64,000 nt of DNA from an uncultured Bacilli bacterium (lineage in GTDB: Bacteria > Bacillota_I > Bacilli_A > RF39 > UBA660). The stretch covers positions 2,565 to 66,564 of the forward strand of contig CAKOJJ010000003.1 in the NCBI GenBank assembly GCA_934089275.1. Reading direction: 5' to 3'. Position numbers and translations under genes: made by a program. The notes under the pieces are model-generated. The model was given only the letters and a program-made list of their open reading frames with translations. It did no database searches and was not told the DNA's origin. Positions 38,298-48,460 of the stretch are shown here, one piece after another. How positions within the stretch are numbered: the stretch's first letter is position 1; each line of letters starts with the position of its first letter.

Positions 38298-38987
38298 ATG
38301 AAAAAGAAATTTTTACTATTAGGAATGATTCTAGTTGCAATATTAACTATTACAGGATGTAGAAAAGAGGAAAAGGTGATTATTAATAAAGATGGAGCTG
38401 GATTTAAAGAAGAATATGAATCTTTAAATGGAAAAGTAAATAGTGGAGGGAAAAAATATCGTACATTAACAATTACTAAAGATAATCCATTTATATATAT
38501 AACTCCAGAAAAATTATTAGAGAAAATGAATAATAAAGAAAGTTTTTACGTTTACTTTGGTTCTAAATTTTGTCCTTGGTGTCGAGCAGTAATTGAAACT
38601 GCCACAAAAGTTGTAAAGAAAAAAGAGTTAGATAAGATTTATTATATTGATATTTGGGATGATAAAGCAAATGAAATATTAAGAGATAAGTATATAATCA
38701 ACGACAATAATGAACTAGAGCAAGTGATTCAAGGAACTAAATCATATTATGAAATCCTTAAAAGATTTGATAGTTTATTAGATGATTATACTTTAACAGA
38801 TAAAAAAGGTAACCAAGTCCAAGTTGAGGAAAAAAGGATATTTGCTCCAAACTTTATATTTATTGAAAATGGAAATGCTAGAAGACTTGTATCCGGTATA
38901 CCTGACATGCTTAAAAATCCTCACGAAGAATTATCTGAAGAAGTATTAAAAGTTGAAGAAAATATTTTTAATGAATTTTTTGAATAG
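38298..38987 (+). CDS. Thioredoxin-fold lipoprotein
   Basis: Lipobox LTITGC after the signal peptide. CPWC redox motif (FGSKFCPWCRAV). GGAAGGAGAAAA RBS. Confidence 0.75.
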   Translation: MKKKFLLLGMILVAILTITGCRKEEKVIINKDGAGFKEEYESLNGKVNSGGKKYRTLTITKDNPFIYITPEKLLEKMNNKESFYVYFGSKFCPWCRAVIETATKVVKKKELDKIYYIDIWDDKANEILRDKYIINDNNELEQVIQGTKSYYEILKRFDSLLDDYTLTDKKGNQVQVEEKRIFAPNFIFIENGNARRLVSGIPDMLKNPHEELSEEVLKVEENIFNEFFE

Positions 38988-39722
38988 AATTGTGGAGATT
39001 AGTAAAAAATTTTCATAACAAAAACAAAGTGTTTATTAAAAAAGTATAAATTAACTAGCAGGCTATATTTAGGCTGCTTTTTTATAGTAGTGACTATAAT
39101 ATACTCGTGATAAACACAAAATCTTTAAAGAAAACTTTAAAAATGAAAAAATTACTTCAACTTTAAGAATAGAAATAATTTGTAATCTGCTAAAATAATT
39201 TAATTTAGCTGAAAATAATTTTGAAAAAGTCGGAAAAATGAATAAAAAAAGGGTTCTATTAAAAAAGTTGTAAGAGAAGTAATAAATGATTTTGTCAAAA
39301 GACTATATATTAGAAGTTATGATAAACCGATTAGCACTAGAAATGTTCTTATTAAATGAAGATATCAATTTTAACACATATAAAAAGTTGACTAATATAT
39401 TATTTAGAGAAGATAATTATTTAGTTAGATAGATTTAAATAAAGCTGTTGATTGAAAACAACTTGGATAAAGAAGACGAAATACTTGCTATGGAAAGAAA
39501 TCCTGTAAAAGATACAGAAATAAGATTGTTGCTTCAAAATGCTCCTACAGAGAAAGTAAATGACATACTAGTATTTAAGAAAGGTATTGATACAAGTTAT
39601 CAATATGAAGGATATTATACTTATAAACTTGAAAATTTAGATCAAAATGGCTAATTTTTTATAATAAATTAACCTTGTAAACATAAATGCTGTAATGTTA
39701 TATTATAAGTAAGGAGAGTTTT

Positions 39723-41234
39723 ATGAAAATTGAAAAAGTAAACCCAAAAACAAAATATTTATATCATTATACATTAAAAGAAAATGTAGAAAGTATTTTA
39801 AAAGATAAGGCTATAATTTCAAAAGATGAATATGTTTTTTTTACAGAAAGTTTAAATGATTCAATCAATGCTTTTGAGAATGAAAAATTGGTTCCTGGAA
39901 AATTATATGTTGATTTTAATGGTAATTTAAAAAAAAGAGATAAAGTTAATAAAGAAAATTATTGTATTATAAAAATACCATGTGTAGATGATAATAATTT
40001 TTACACATTTAGTTTTGATAATCAAAAAGATGATTCTATTTATGGAATTTCTATTACACACAAAGGATCATATTCTTTTGAAAAAGCAAAGGTTTTAGAA
40101 ATACCTAATTATAGAAAAATAAATCCATTGAAAAAGGTAGTTGCTACTGCAGCTATATCAAGTATACTTCTATTTCCATATAATACATTTGCTGCAAACT
40201 GGTTGGATACAAATAACTATGATACTAGTTGGTATGTAGAAACTACTAATTATTATGATATTAATAATGCAAAAGAATTAGCTGGTCTTGCATATTTAGT
40301 AAATAAAGAAAATATTACTTTTGAAAAAAAATATATTAATATTAACGCTGACATTGATTTAACTGAAAATAAATGGGAAGTAATAAAAGATATATTTAAT
40401 GGATCTATTTGTGGATCGCATCGTATTCTTTTAAATTATTTAGATAAGAATTTATTTTCAAATAAAACTTACAATAAGTTATCTTATTTATTTGAAGTAA
40501 GATTAGATACTTATAGAACAACAAAAGTAGAGATTGAATCTCCATATACAATACAATTGTTAAAAGAAAAATTAAATGCTAAATATGTGTTTTTTAAGAA
40601 TAAAGAATTAACTGATGATACTTTATTAACCTCTTTAAACTTAGATGAAAATGAATTACTTGAGGTATTTGAAAATAAATTTAAATATGTAATAAATTAT
40701 AAAGGTGACAAGTTCTCTTTTAATTTTGAAACTGGAGAATCTATAGAAAACGTTAAAGAAATGTATTCTAGCAGAACTAAATTACCTAAAGAAAGATTAG
40801 TTATTAAATTTAAAGATAAAGTTCTTAAAAATGATAGAACTTTGGCTGATTATAACATTCAACGTACCGAAGATATCTATGCATATTTTATGGCTAATGT
40901 AAAAACTACTATAAGTGATGGTGGTAAATATGAATTATCAACAACTGAAGCTTTATCAGGAGATGAAATAATACTTAAACTTATTCCTGAAGACGGCTAT
41001 GAACTTAAAAGTGTTTTAGTGAATGGAAAAGAATATTTGAACTCTGTAAATGATAATATTTTAAAATTTGTATGTGGTGAAGAAGATGTAGACATAAAAA
41101 TATCTTATAAATTAAAAGAAGATCAAATAAAGAATCCTAAAACGAATGACAATATAATCAAGTATATTTTTGTTTCTTTATTTTCTTTATGTAGCTTAGT
41201 TTCACTTAATATAAAGAGAAAACTTACTAAGTAA
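39723..41234 (+). CDS. Sortase B-anchored surface protein with two ubiquitin-like domains and an unusual N-terminal extension
   Basis: aa 1-135 form a soluble domain. aa 136-158 look like a signal peptide (KKVVATAAISSILLFPYNTFA). aa ~255-390 form two beta-grasp/ubiquitin-like modules (IENVK, RTLADYNIQ). The C-terminus is NPKTND plus a TM helix and a KRK tail. Confidence 0.8.
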   Translation: MKIEKVNPKTKYLYHYTLKENVESILKDKAIISKDEYVFFTESLNDSINAFENEKLVPGKLYVDFNGNLKKRDKVNKENYCIIKIPCVDDNNFYTFSFDNQKDDSIYGISITHKGSYSFEKAKVLEIPNYRKINPLKKVVATAAISSILLFPYNTFAANWLDTNNYDTSWYVETTNYYDINNAKELAGLAYLVNKENITFEKKYININADIDLTENKWEVIKDIFNGSICGSHRILLNYLDKNLFSNKTYNKLSYLFEVRLDTYRTTKVEIESPYTIQLLKEKLNAKYVFFKNKELTDDTLLTSLNLDENELLEVFENKFKYVINYKGDKFSFNFETGESIENVKEMYSSRTKLPKERLVIKFKDKVLKNDRTLADYNIQRTEDIYAYFMANVKTTISDGGKYELSTTEALSGDEIILKLIPEDGYELKSVLVNGKEYLNSVNDNILKFVCGEEDVDIKISYKLKEDQIKNPKTNDNIIKYIFVSLFSLCSLVSLNIKRKLTK

Positions 41235-41376
41235 TATAAAAAAATTGTATTTTTTTTAAAAGTATTTTAACTAAGATGAATAATTTTACCAATGTAATCA
41301 ATGCTTTTTATGGTAAATTTATTGATATAAAAAGGTTTTTAATTATATAATAAGAATATGGAAGGAGAGAGAGTTT

Positions 41377-42597
41377 ATGAAAAAAGTTAGTAGACTAGTT
41401 TTATCTTTAATTATTGGATTATTTATTTTTTCTACAAATGTATTTGCAAAAAATGAAATAACTTTAAACTTTGATGGTGGAATTATTCATGATGGGTATG
41501 TGGAATATGCCGAAATAGGAAAATTACAATTATTTAAAGGTGATGATTTGGTTGTAAATGTTGAAAACAATATGAAAATTGATTTAGATGAAGATAGTTA
41601 TAATCTTTCGATTGAAGCACTTACTGCTTCAGGTATGACGAATACATTGTCGGTAAAATTGAAAATCAATAAATGGTATTATGCTTCAACAAGATCTAAT
41701 TCTAAAATTGAATTTAACCTAGATTCAAGCAAATTCAGTGAAACATTAGATATTAAACTTGAAAGAACAGGGGCAGTTGTTAATACAAAGGTGGAAGATG
41801 TTTTCACGAAAATAAAACCTATTGCAACAATTGATTTAACTAGTGATTGTGTAATTGATTTTACAAAAGAAGACGAACTAACAAAAAGTTTAAAAATGTT
41901 TGCAGATTTAGAGAAAACTATATATTACAAAATCGAAAGTAACGGGTTAGTAAAAACTGAAAATGAAAACGAAGCTAATATAAAAATAGTTGGTAACAAA
42001 GCGGAAAACAAAGCAATAATTAAAGTTTTAAATGTTGGCAATAAAAAAGAAGAAACAATTAAAGGAGTAAAAGTTGTATATACTGGATCTGATTTGAAAT
42101 ATCAAGGAAGTGTTGAGGATATAATAACTGAAACAAGAACTGATTATTACACAATAAATGATTATGAATATACATTCCAATATTCAAAAAAAGAAACAAC
42201 AGATTATAAATTCATTGAAGGTGAAAATCAAATTTATACAATTAATAAATTTGATAAAATGACTTTTAGAATAAATGTTGATTATAGTTTATTTGAAAAT
42301 GGTGGAAAAGTATTTATAGATGATGTTCTAGTTGATTCTAAAAATTATACTTCTTTAAGTGGTAGTACAATAATTACTTTTAATAGAGAATATGTTGATA
42401 CACTAAAACTTGGAGAACATACTTTAAAAGTAGTATTTAATAATGGTGTTGAAACATCTACTAAGTTTACGATTAATGAAGAAGTTAAAAATCCTAAAAC
42501 CAGTGATAATGTTTTTACATACATCATGTTATCAGTAATATCTGTTTTAGGAATAATTACAATTTTATTATTTAATAATAAAAAAATTAAAAATTAG
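41377..42597 (+). CDS. Sortase B-anchored surface protein
   Basis: Signal peptide ending NVFA-KNE. The C-terminus is NPKTSD (42490-42507), a TM helix and a basic tail. Confidence 0.8.
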   Translation: MKKVSRLVLSLIIGLFIFSTNVFAKNEITLNFDGGIIHDGYVEYAEIGKLQLFKGDDLVVNVENNMKIDLDEDSYNLSIEALTASGMTNTLSVKLKINKWYYASTRSNSKIEFNLDSSKFSETLDIKLERTGAVVNTKVEDVFTKIKPIATIDLTSDCVIDFTKEDELTKSLKMFADLEKTIYYKIESNGLVKTENENEANIKIVGNKAENKAIIKVLNVGNKKEETIKGVKVVYTGSDLKYQGSVEDIITETRTDYYTINDYEYTFQYSKKETTDYKFIEGENQIYTINKFDKMTFRINVDYSLFENGGKVFIDDVLVDSKNYTSLSGSTIITFNREYVDTLKLGEHTLKVVFNNGVETSTKFTINEEVKNPKTSDNVFTYIMLSVISVLGIITILLFNNKKIKN

Positions 42598-42609
42598 GAG
42601 GATAAAAAA

Positions 42610-44082
42610 ATGAAAATAAAAAACACTTTATTTATGATGTTAATTGCAGTAATTGGTATTTTAGGTTTTAATACAGTAAATGCTGCAACTATAAGTGAAA
42701 ATGGAAAATATTCTTTAGTGCTAACTATTGATGGTTTAGAAGATGGTGTTATCGATGATGGAGAATATGCAAAACTTATAAGATTTAATGTTGAAAATGG
42801 AGAAACAACTGTTAAAGTATCTGAATTAACAAAAGGAATTACTCCATTTAATGGAAAAAATGAATTTTCTCATTGGGTAAATTCAAGCAAGGAAAAAGTT
42901 GACGAATTAAGCATATCTGATTTTACTAGTAATGGTAACTTTTATACTTCAACTGGTAAAGAAGTAACATATTCAAATGGTTTTAGACTTATAGCAAAAT
43001 TTGAAGGAAAATCATTAGAAGATGGAGATAACTATTATGTAACTCTTGATGCCTTTGGAGGAGAAGTAAATAGTAAAGCTAAACTATCATTAACAAGTTC
43101 AAAAGAAACATTTAAAACAATTAATTTAAAAAATTATGTACCAGTTAGAAAAGGATATACTTTTATAGGTTGGGACTTAAACGGAAAAATTGTTACTTCT
43201 ATTGATTCAAGTGCTTTTACAAAAAGTGTTACCATTACTGTAACTGCAACTTATACAAAAAATGCTTTTGATGGAACTGACAGAGTATTAATCTTAGATG
43301 CTAATGGTGGAACTATTGACAATGAATTATCTAAAAAGTACGATTATTTAGGTGGAGGAAATTCTGGAACAGCCATGTCACTTTTACCATATGTTCCAAC
43401 AAGAAAAGGATATACATTCAATGGATGGAATTCTAAAAAAGATGGAAGTGAAAAGAAATATTCTTATATCTATTGGAGAAAATGGGATAAAGATGATGAA
43501 GAAGATCTTCAAAGAGACACTATGATAACAAATGAAAATGGTGCTGAATATTATCAAAATGTAACTTTATATGCAACTTGGACTAAAAACTCAACTGAAG
43601 AAGAAACTGTAAAAGAAATTCAAAGTACTGGTGAAACTAAAGGACAAATTGAATTTTCTGAAGGAGTTAATAAAGACTATAAATTGGATATTAAACCAAT
43701 GGAAGTAAAAAAAGAATTAACAGATAAAAATGTTAAATATATTGTAGATATTAATGTATTAGATAATGGTCAAATTGTAGAAATTAGTAATACTAAAATG
43801 AAAATAAGATTTGCTTTACCAGAAGATTTAAAAGGATATAAAACATATAAAATCGTTTATATTTTAAATGGTGAAATAAAAGAAACTATTCCAGCAACTA
43901 TTGAAGATGGATATATAGTTTTTGAAACAAGTCATTTAAGTGAGTACGGAGTTATTGCAACAAATGAAACTGTTACTAATCCAAAGACTTTAGACAATAT
44001 ACTTTTATACTTTGTAATAAGTGTTTTATCTTTAACAGGTGTTATTGGTACTTATCTATATAAGAAAAAAATGCAAAATTAA
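42610..44082 (+). CDS. Sortase B-anchored surface protein with Listeria-Bacteroides (Flg_new) repeats
   Basis: Signal peptide ending VNA-ATI. Repeats YVPVRKGYTFIGWDLNG and YVPTRKGYTFNGWNSKKDG. The C-terminus is NPKTLD (43978-43995), a TM helix and a KKK tail. Confidence 0.82.
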   Translation: MKIKNTLFMMLIAVIGILGFNTVNAATISENGKYSLVLTIDGLEDGVIDDGEYAKLIRFNVENGETTVKVSELTKGITPFNGKNEFSHWVNSSKEKVDELSISDFTSNGNFYTSTGKEVTYSNGFRLIAKFEGKSLEDGDNYYVTLDAFGGEVNSKAKLSLTSSKETFKTINLKNYVPVRKGYTFIGWDLNGKIVTSIDSSAFTKSVTITVTATYTKNAFDGTDRVLILDANGGTIDNELSKKYDYLGGGNSGTAMSLLPYVPTRKGYTFNGWNSKKDGSEKKYSYIYWRKWDKDDEEDLQRDTMITNENGAEYYQNVTLYATWTKNSTEEETVKEIQSTGETKGQIEFSEGVNKDYKLDIKPMEVKKELTDKNVKYIVDINVLDNGQIVEISNTKMKIRFALPEDLKGYKTYKIVYILNGEIKETIPATIEDGYIVFETSHLSEYGVIATNETVTNPKTLDNILLYFVISVLSLTGVIGTYLYKKKMQN

Positions 44083-44107
44083 AAGAGCTTTCTTAGCTCT
44101 TTTTTTC
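44083..44107. terminator. Bidirectional terminator between convergent genes
   Basis: AAGAGCT / AGCTCTT stem flanked by A- and T-runs. It overlaps both stop codons. Confidence 0.7.
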
Positions 44108-44896
44108 ATATTTTATTAATTTTGCATGAACTACTAATTTTTCATTAGTTCTGTAACATGTTGATAAAGTTAGTATTTTATCATTTGTAGTGACTTCAGT
44201 ATTAAATTTATATATGCTTCTATTTTTTATTAAGTTAATAAATTCTTTATATTCATCGTCAGTACTAAAATTTGTTTTTAAGTAATCCAAAGAAGTTGGT
44301 ATATGATAAATACTAAATATTTGATATAAACCATTTTCTTTTTCAGTTGATACTTTTATTATGTGATTGCTTTTTTCATTAAACCAACTTTTTTTTAAAG
44401 TATTGCTTAATGAACCAAACATTGTTTTATCTTTTCTATTATGAGCATATATAATTGAATTTTTATTATCTAATAAGTTATTTCTATAATCTAAAAATAA
44501 CCAACCAGCATCATTTTTCTTTTTGTTAAAACTATGGGTTAAATAATAATCATTGTTGTCTGTTTGGACAAAAGGATAATTTATATTTGTTCCATTAACA
44601 GTTATCCAACCAACTATATCTTTATTCGTACTTTTTAACTTAGAAAAATCAACATCTATTAAACTCATTTGTATATAATCCCAATAAGGGTTATCTTTTT
44701 TTGGAGTTTCTTGTTGTTCAACAATTTCTGAATTATCAGTGCTTTCTTTTATATCAACATTTTCTAAGGTTTTATTGAGTTCATTTGTTATCTTATCTGA
44801 ATCGTTTTTCCAGTTAATTATTTTATATAATGAAAAACAAAAAAGAAGAATAAAAATAATCATCAAAATATTTATAAATAATTTTCTTTTATTCAT
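44093..44896 (-). CDS. srtB: Class B sortase
   Basis: N-terminal anchor, NKDIVGWITVNGTNINYPFVQ, YAHN, and catalytic TLSTC...VVHAKLI. Co-linear with S. aureus SrtB by eye. Confidence 0.88.
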   Translation of the reverse strand: MNKRKLFINILMIIFILLFCFSLYKIINWKNDSDKITNELNKTLENVDIKESTDNSEIVEQQETPKKDNPYWDYIQMSLIDVDFSKLKSTNKDIVGWITVNGTNINYPFVQTDNNDYYLTHSFNKKKNDAGWLFLDYRNNLLDNKNSIIYAHNRKDKTMFGSLSNTLKKSWFNEKSNHIIKVSTEKENGLYQIFSIYHIPTSLDYLKTNFSTDDEYKEFINLIKNRSIYKFNTEVTTNDKILTLSTCYRTNEKLVVHAKLIKYEKKS

Positions 44897-45050
44897 TTCA
44901 TCACCTATAATTATTATACTATAAATTTAATTAATTTTTTCATAAAAGATGTTATACTAAAAATGATTAAATTATGGAAATATGTTAACCCTTGAAATGT
45001 TTCCTATTAAAATTCATTTTATTTTAATATGATGTTTTTGGAGGTGGATT

Positions 45051-45761
45051 ATGAATCAAGAAAAAATTGGAAAATTTATTGCTAGTATTAGGAAAGAGAA
45101 AAATATAACTCAAAACGAACTTGCAGAAAAATTAGGAGTCTCTGATAGAACAATTGGTAATTGGGAAAATGGAAGAAATATGCCAGATGTTTCACTTTTT
45201 AAACCACTTTGTGAAGAACTTGGTGTAACTTTAAATGATCTTTTAAGTGGAGAAAAAGTAAGTGAAAACTGCTATCAAGAAAGATTAGAGGAAAATATTA
45301 TAAGTGCGATTGATTATAGTAATAAAAAAATTGAGAAAAATAATAATGTAATGGCTTTGGCTTTTATTATATTATGTGTTTTATCATCTTTTGCTGTTAT
45401 TTCAATATTTCCAAGTGAGAGTAGTTGGGGATCAATTTGTTCTGTTTTAAGTATTCTTTTTTCTTTAATTGGAGTGGCAAAGCTTACAAAAAAAATAAAC
45501 TATTTAAAAAGGTTATTTATTATTTTTAGCTATTTTTTTCTAGTTTTTATGATGTTAATTGTTATTGATTATATTGGCGTCGTTAATGTAAAACAAGCCC
45601 CAAGGTTTTCAATTGTTAAAGTTACAGGTGATAATGTTGTTTATTATGATACACTTTTTTATGATGTTATAAGATGCAATGTTAATGAAAAAAATGAAAC
45701 ATTTAGAGTTATTAAAAATCAAAAATATGATACAAATAATATAGATTATTTTTGCAAATAA
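45051..45761 (+). CDS. XRE-family HTH regulator fused to a membrane domain
   Basis: N-terminal IRKEKNITQNELAEKLGVSDRTIGNWENG HTH. Three TM segments follow. Confidence 0.8.
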   Translation: MNQEKIGKFIASIRKEKNITQNELAEKLGVSDRTIGNWENGRNMPDVSLFKPLCEELGVTLNDLLSGEKVSENCYQERLEENIISAIDYSNKKIEKNNNVMALAFIILCVLSSFAVISIFPSESSWGSICSVLSILFSLIGVAKLTKKINYLKRLFIIFSYFFLVFMMLIVIDYIGVVNVKQAPRFSIVKVTGDNVVYYDTLFYDVIRCNVNEKNETFRVIKNQKYDTNNIDYFCK

Positions 45762-45837
45762 TTTTTTATTCAACCAACAGTTCGTGTAAAAAAATACTTT
45801 TAATTTATAAAATAATAGCATGAAAGGAGAAAACTAT

Positions 45838-46446
45838 ATGGATCAAATCAAAATAGGTAAATTTATTTCATTAAAAAGAAGAGAAAAAAATATAACTCAA
45901 AGTGAACTTGCGGAGATGCTTGGTATAACTGATCGTGCGATAAGCAAATGGGAAAATGGTGTGTGTATGCCAGATGTTTCTAATATTCCTGAGTTATGTA
46001 ATATTCTAGGAATTACTATTAATGATCTATTTAGTGGATATGTTGTTGATATGAAAGAAATTGATAAGCAAATGGAAAATAATTTACTAGAACTTGCTAA
46101 ACAAAAAGAGGAAGCTGATAAAAAATTATTGAGTACTGAAACATTTATGACTTTAGTTACAATAGTTTTTTATGTCGCATTGGTGTTAGTTGCATCATTT
46201 GTTGATATGTCTGATATAGTAAGAATTATTATTATAGTTCCAGCAACAATAGCAGTATTCTTTGTATGTCTTTTAGCTATACGAATTGAACAAGTTGCAG
46301 GATATTATGAATGTCCAAATTGCAGCTATAAGTATATTCCTAGCTATAAAAGTGTTTTAATGGCTGCTCATATTGGTAGAACAAGAAAGATGACTTGTCC
46401 TAAATGTAAAAATAAATCTTGGCATAAAAAGATTACTACAAGATAG
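45838..46446 (+). CDS. XRE-family HTH regulator fused to a membrane domain and a zinc ribbon
   Basis: LKRREKNITQSELAEMLGITDRAISKWENG HTH, TM segments, and a C-terminal CPNC...CPKC pair. ATG 45838 follows AAAGGAGAAAA. Confidence 0.8.
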   Translation: MDQIKIGKFISLKRREKNITQSELAEMLGITDRAISKWENGVCMPDVSNIPELCNILGITINDLFSGYVVDMKEIDKQMENNLLELAKQKEEADKKLLSTETFMTLVTIVFYVALVLVASFVDMSDIVRIIIIVPATIAVFFVCLLAIRIEQVAGYYECPNCSYKYIPSYKSVLMAAHIGRTRKMTCPKCKNKSWHKKITTR

Positions 46447-46538
46447 TATACTTTATAGTATGCTTTTTCTTTTTTGATAAATATTTGATATAATATTTTT
46501 ATAGAAAAAAATTATTATGATGTAAGGTGGGGTATTTC

Positions 46539-46850
46539 ATGGGCCATTTAGAAGTTAGAAAATTAATAAGAAACTACAATTTTTATAATGATTCAAATAA
46601 AGAAACGAAACATAAATGCGATTTTTGCATTCCTTGTATTCTTAAAGTAACTACTTTAGATGGTAAATGTATTAATTATGATGTTTTAAAGTGTAAAGAC
46701 TGTCTTTCTTTTATTAATCAAAAAGAAAATGGACAAGATACTATTTTTAACGAATTAAATGATAAACCTACTATAACTGCTATTACCGGAAGAAGAAATC
46801 CGATACCAGCATTTAAAGATTTACTAGACGTCAAATTTATTGAAAATTAA
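46539..46850 (+). CDS. Hypothetical Cys-rich small protein
   Basis: CDFCIPC...CKDC motifs. ATG 46539 lies 8 nt after AAGGTGG. Confidence 0.5.
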   Translation: MGHLEVRKLIRNYNFYNDSNKETKHKCDFCIPCILKVTTLDGKCINYDVLKCKDCLSFINQKENGQDTIFNELNDKPTITAITGRRNPIPAFKDLLDVKFIEN

Positions 46851-46961
46851 AAATAGTAAGTTATAAATTTTTTAAGAGCATAAAGAAAGATTTTATGCTC
46901 TTTTAATTTCTAGTAATTTTTTTTAAAGTATGATAGAATATCTCCCAAAAGGAAGATATGT

Positions 46962-48407
46962 ATGTTAGAAAGTGAAATATTAGAGATAAATTCTTTTATT
47001 AATTCTTGTGAAAAAGATTTTTATAATGACATATATGACAAAGATAAAATTGATATTGCTAGAAAATATTTTCAAAGAGTTAAGCAAGTTGCTGATATTG
47101 AAAAAAATGCTTATTTTGTTGCTATTTCAGAAAAACTTTGGTTTATTATAAAAAATATTTCTGTACATTATAAAAAGAACAATTCAACTACTGTAAAACC
47201 TGAAGAGGTTTTGGATTTAGTTTCTGATACAAGTATTACACAATATGTTATTTCTTTGATAATTGAAAAACGTTTAATAGATCCCAAACTTATTGCACGT
47301 TTTGCTTATATAGAACTTTCTAAACTTGTATATTATGATATATCTTATTCAAAAATAACTGATAGAAATAGGAGAGATATTATAGTTAATACTCCTATCA
47401 ATGTATATAATGCAAAACTATTTTCTTATGTTGTTTGTACTCAATGGTTACAATTATACACATATATTTTATCTCAATTTGGTATGACAATTAGAAAGAT
47501 GAATAGAACCGGAGAAGATCATGTTTGGGGTGAAATAGATATAAATGATGATGAGATCATTATAGTTGACGCTACGGATTATATTGGAAATTCAATTGAT
47601 TTAAGTAATGCTAAATCAATAAGTCCAACTAAAGGATTTTTAATTGTACCTAAAAAATATTCAGGTATTAAACTATTTGATATCTATAATCTTGCTGAAA
47701 ATAGAGAAATCCTTAAAGAATTAAGTAAGTATTATGATTTGAATAGAGAATTAGATATGAGTCTTGGTTTAATTACTAATTCGACATATCCGATAGAAGA
47801 GTTGTTAAATTCAACTGAGTTGTTTGCAAGTAATACATCGTCAATAGATAATCCAAAAGAAGCTTCTAGATTCTTTAAACAAGCACGAAATTTTATACTA
47901 AATACTCCTTTACCAAATAATATGGATGGATATGAAGCGTTTGCTTATTATTATAAATTTATTGAAAGATTACCAATAAATATAAGAGGATGTTTATCAA
48001 TGAAAACTTTGTATGCAGATTCTTTTGATTATAAACAAAAACTTTTGAAAAAGAAGTATTTAAATGCTCCTGTTGAATATTTAAAATATCTAGAAGATTT
48101 AGTTTATTCAAGATATTACGAATATTTCCAAGGAGGGATAAGTGAAGGATCCTTATTTGAAAAAATTCGTAATGGTTATATTGATATTGATAAATTAAGT
48201 GATCTTGTTTTAACAGAAGAACTTAAAATAGCAGAAATTAATAGAAGACTTAATCCATATTATGCTATTAATGAGTTAACTTTTTATAATATGTTTGAAG
48301 ATGATTTTGATTCTATGTCTTTATTATATGAACCAGCTTTAGGTAAAAAACTTTATAAATCTCCAGATGATTTAAATGCATTTAAAAGAGAAAACAATTT
48401 GTTATAA
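46962..48407 (+). CDS. Transglutaminase-like (papain-fold) domain protein
   Basis: Cys-His-Asp arrangement VVCTQW ... GEDHVWGEIDI ... IIVDATD, typical of the transglutaminase-like core. Confidence 0.6.
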   Translation: MLESEILEINSFINSCEKDFYNDIYDKDKIDIARKYFQRVKQVADIEKNAYFVAISEKLWFIIKNISVHYKKNNSTTVKPEEVLDLVSDTSITQYVISLIIEKRLIDPKLIARFAYIELSKLVYYDISYSKITDRNRRDIIVNTPINVYNAKLFSYVVCTQWLQLYTYILSQFGMTIRKMNRTGEDHVWGEIDINDDEIIIVDATDYIGNSIDLSNAKSISPTKGFLIVPKKYSGIKLFDIYNLAENREILKELSKYYDLNRELDMSLGLITNSTYPIEELLNSTELFASNTSSIDNPKEASRFFKQARNFILNTPLPNNMDGYEAFAYYYKFIERLPINIRGCLSMKTLYADSFDYKQKLLKKKYLNAPVEYLKYLEDLVYSRYYEYFQGGISEGSLFEKIRNGYIDIDKLSDLVLTEELKIAEINRRLNPYYAINELTFYNMFEDDFDSMSLLYEPALGKKLYKSPDDLNAFKRENNLL

Positions 48408-48460
48408 TGTTTTTTCTTTTTTTTATATCAAATAAATGATAGAATTAATTTGGTGGTAGA

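Noticed and set aside
38150-38362. 70-aa ORF overlapping the start of the thioredoxin-like lipoprotein gene
   Set aside because: It has no RBS, lies in decayed AT-rich DNA, and overlaps a gene with a strong RBS and lipobox.
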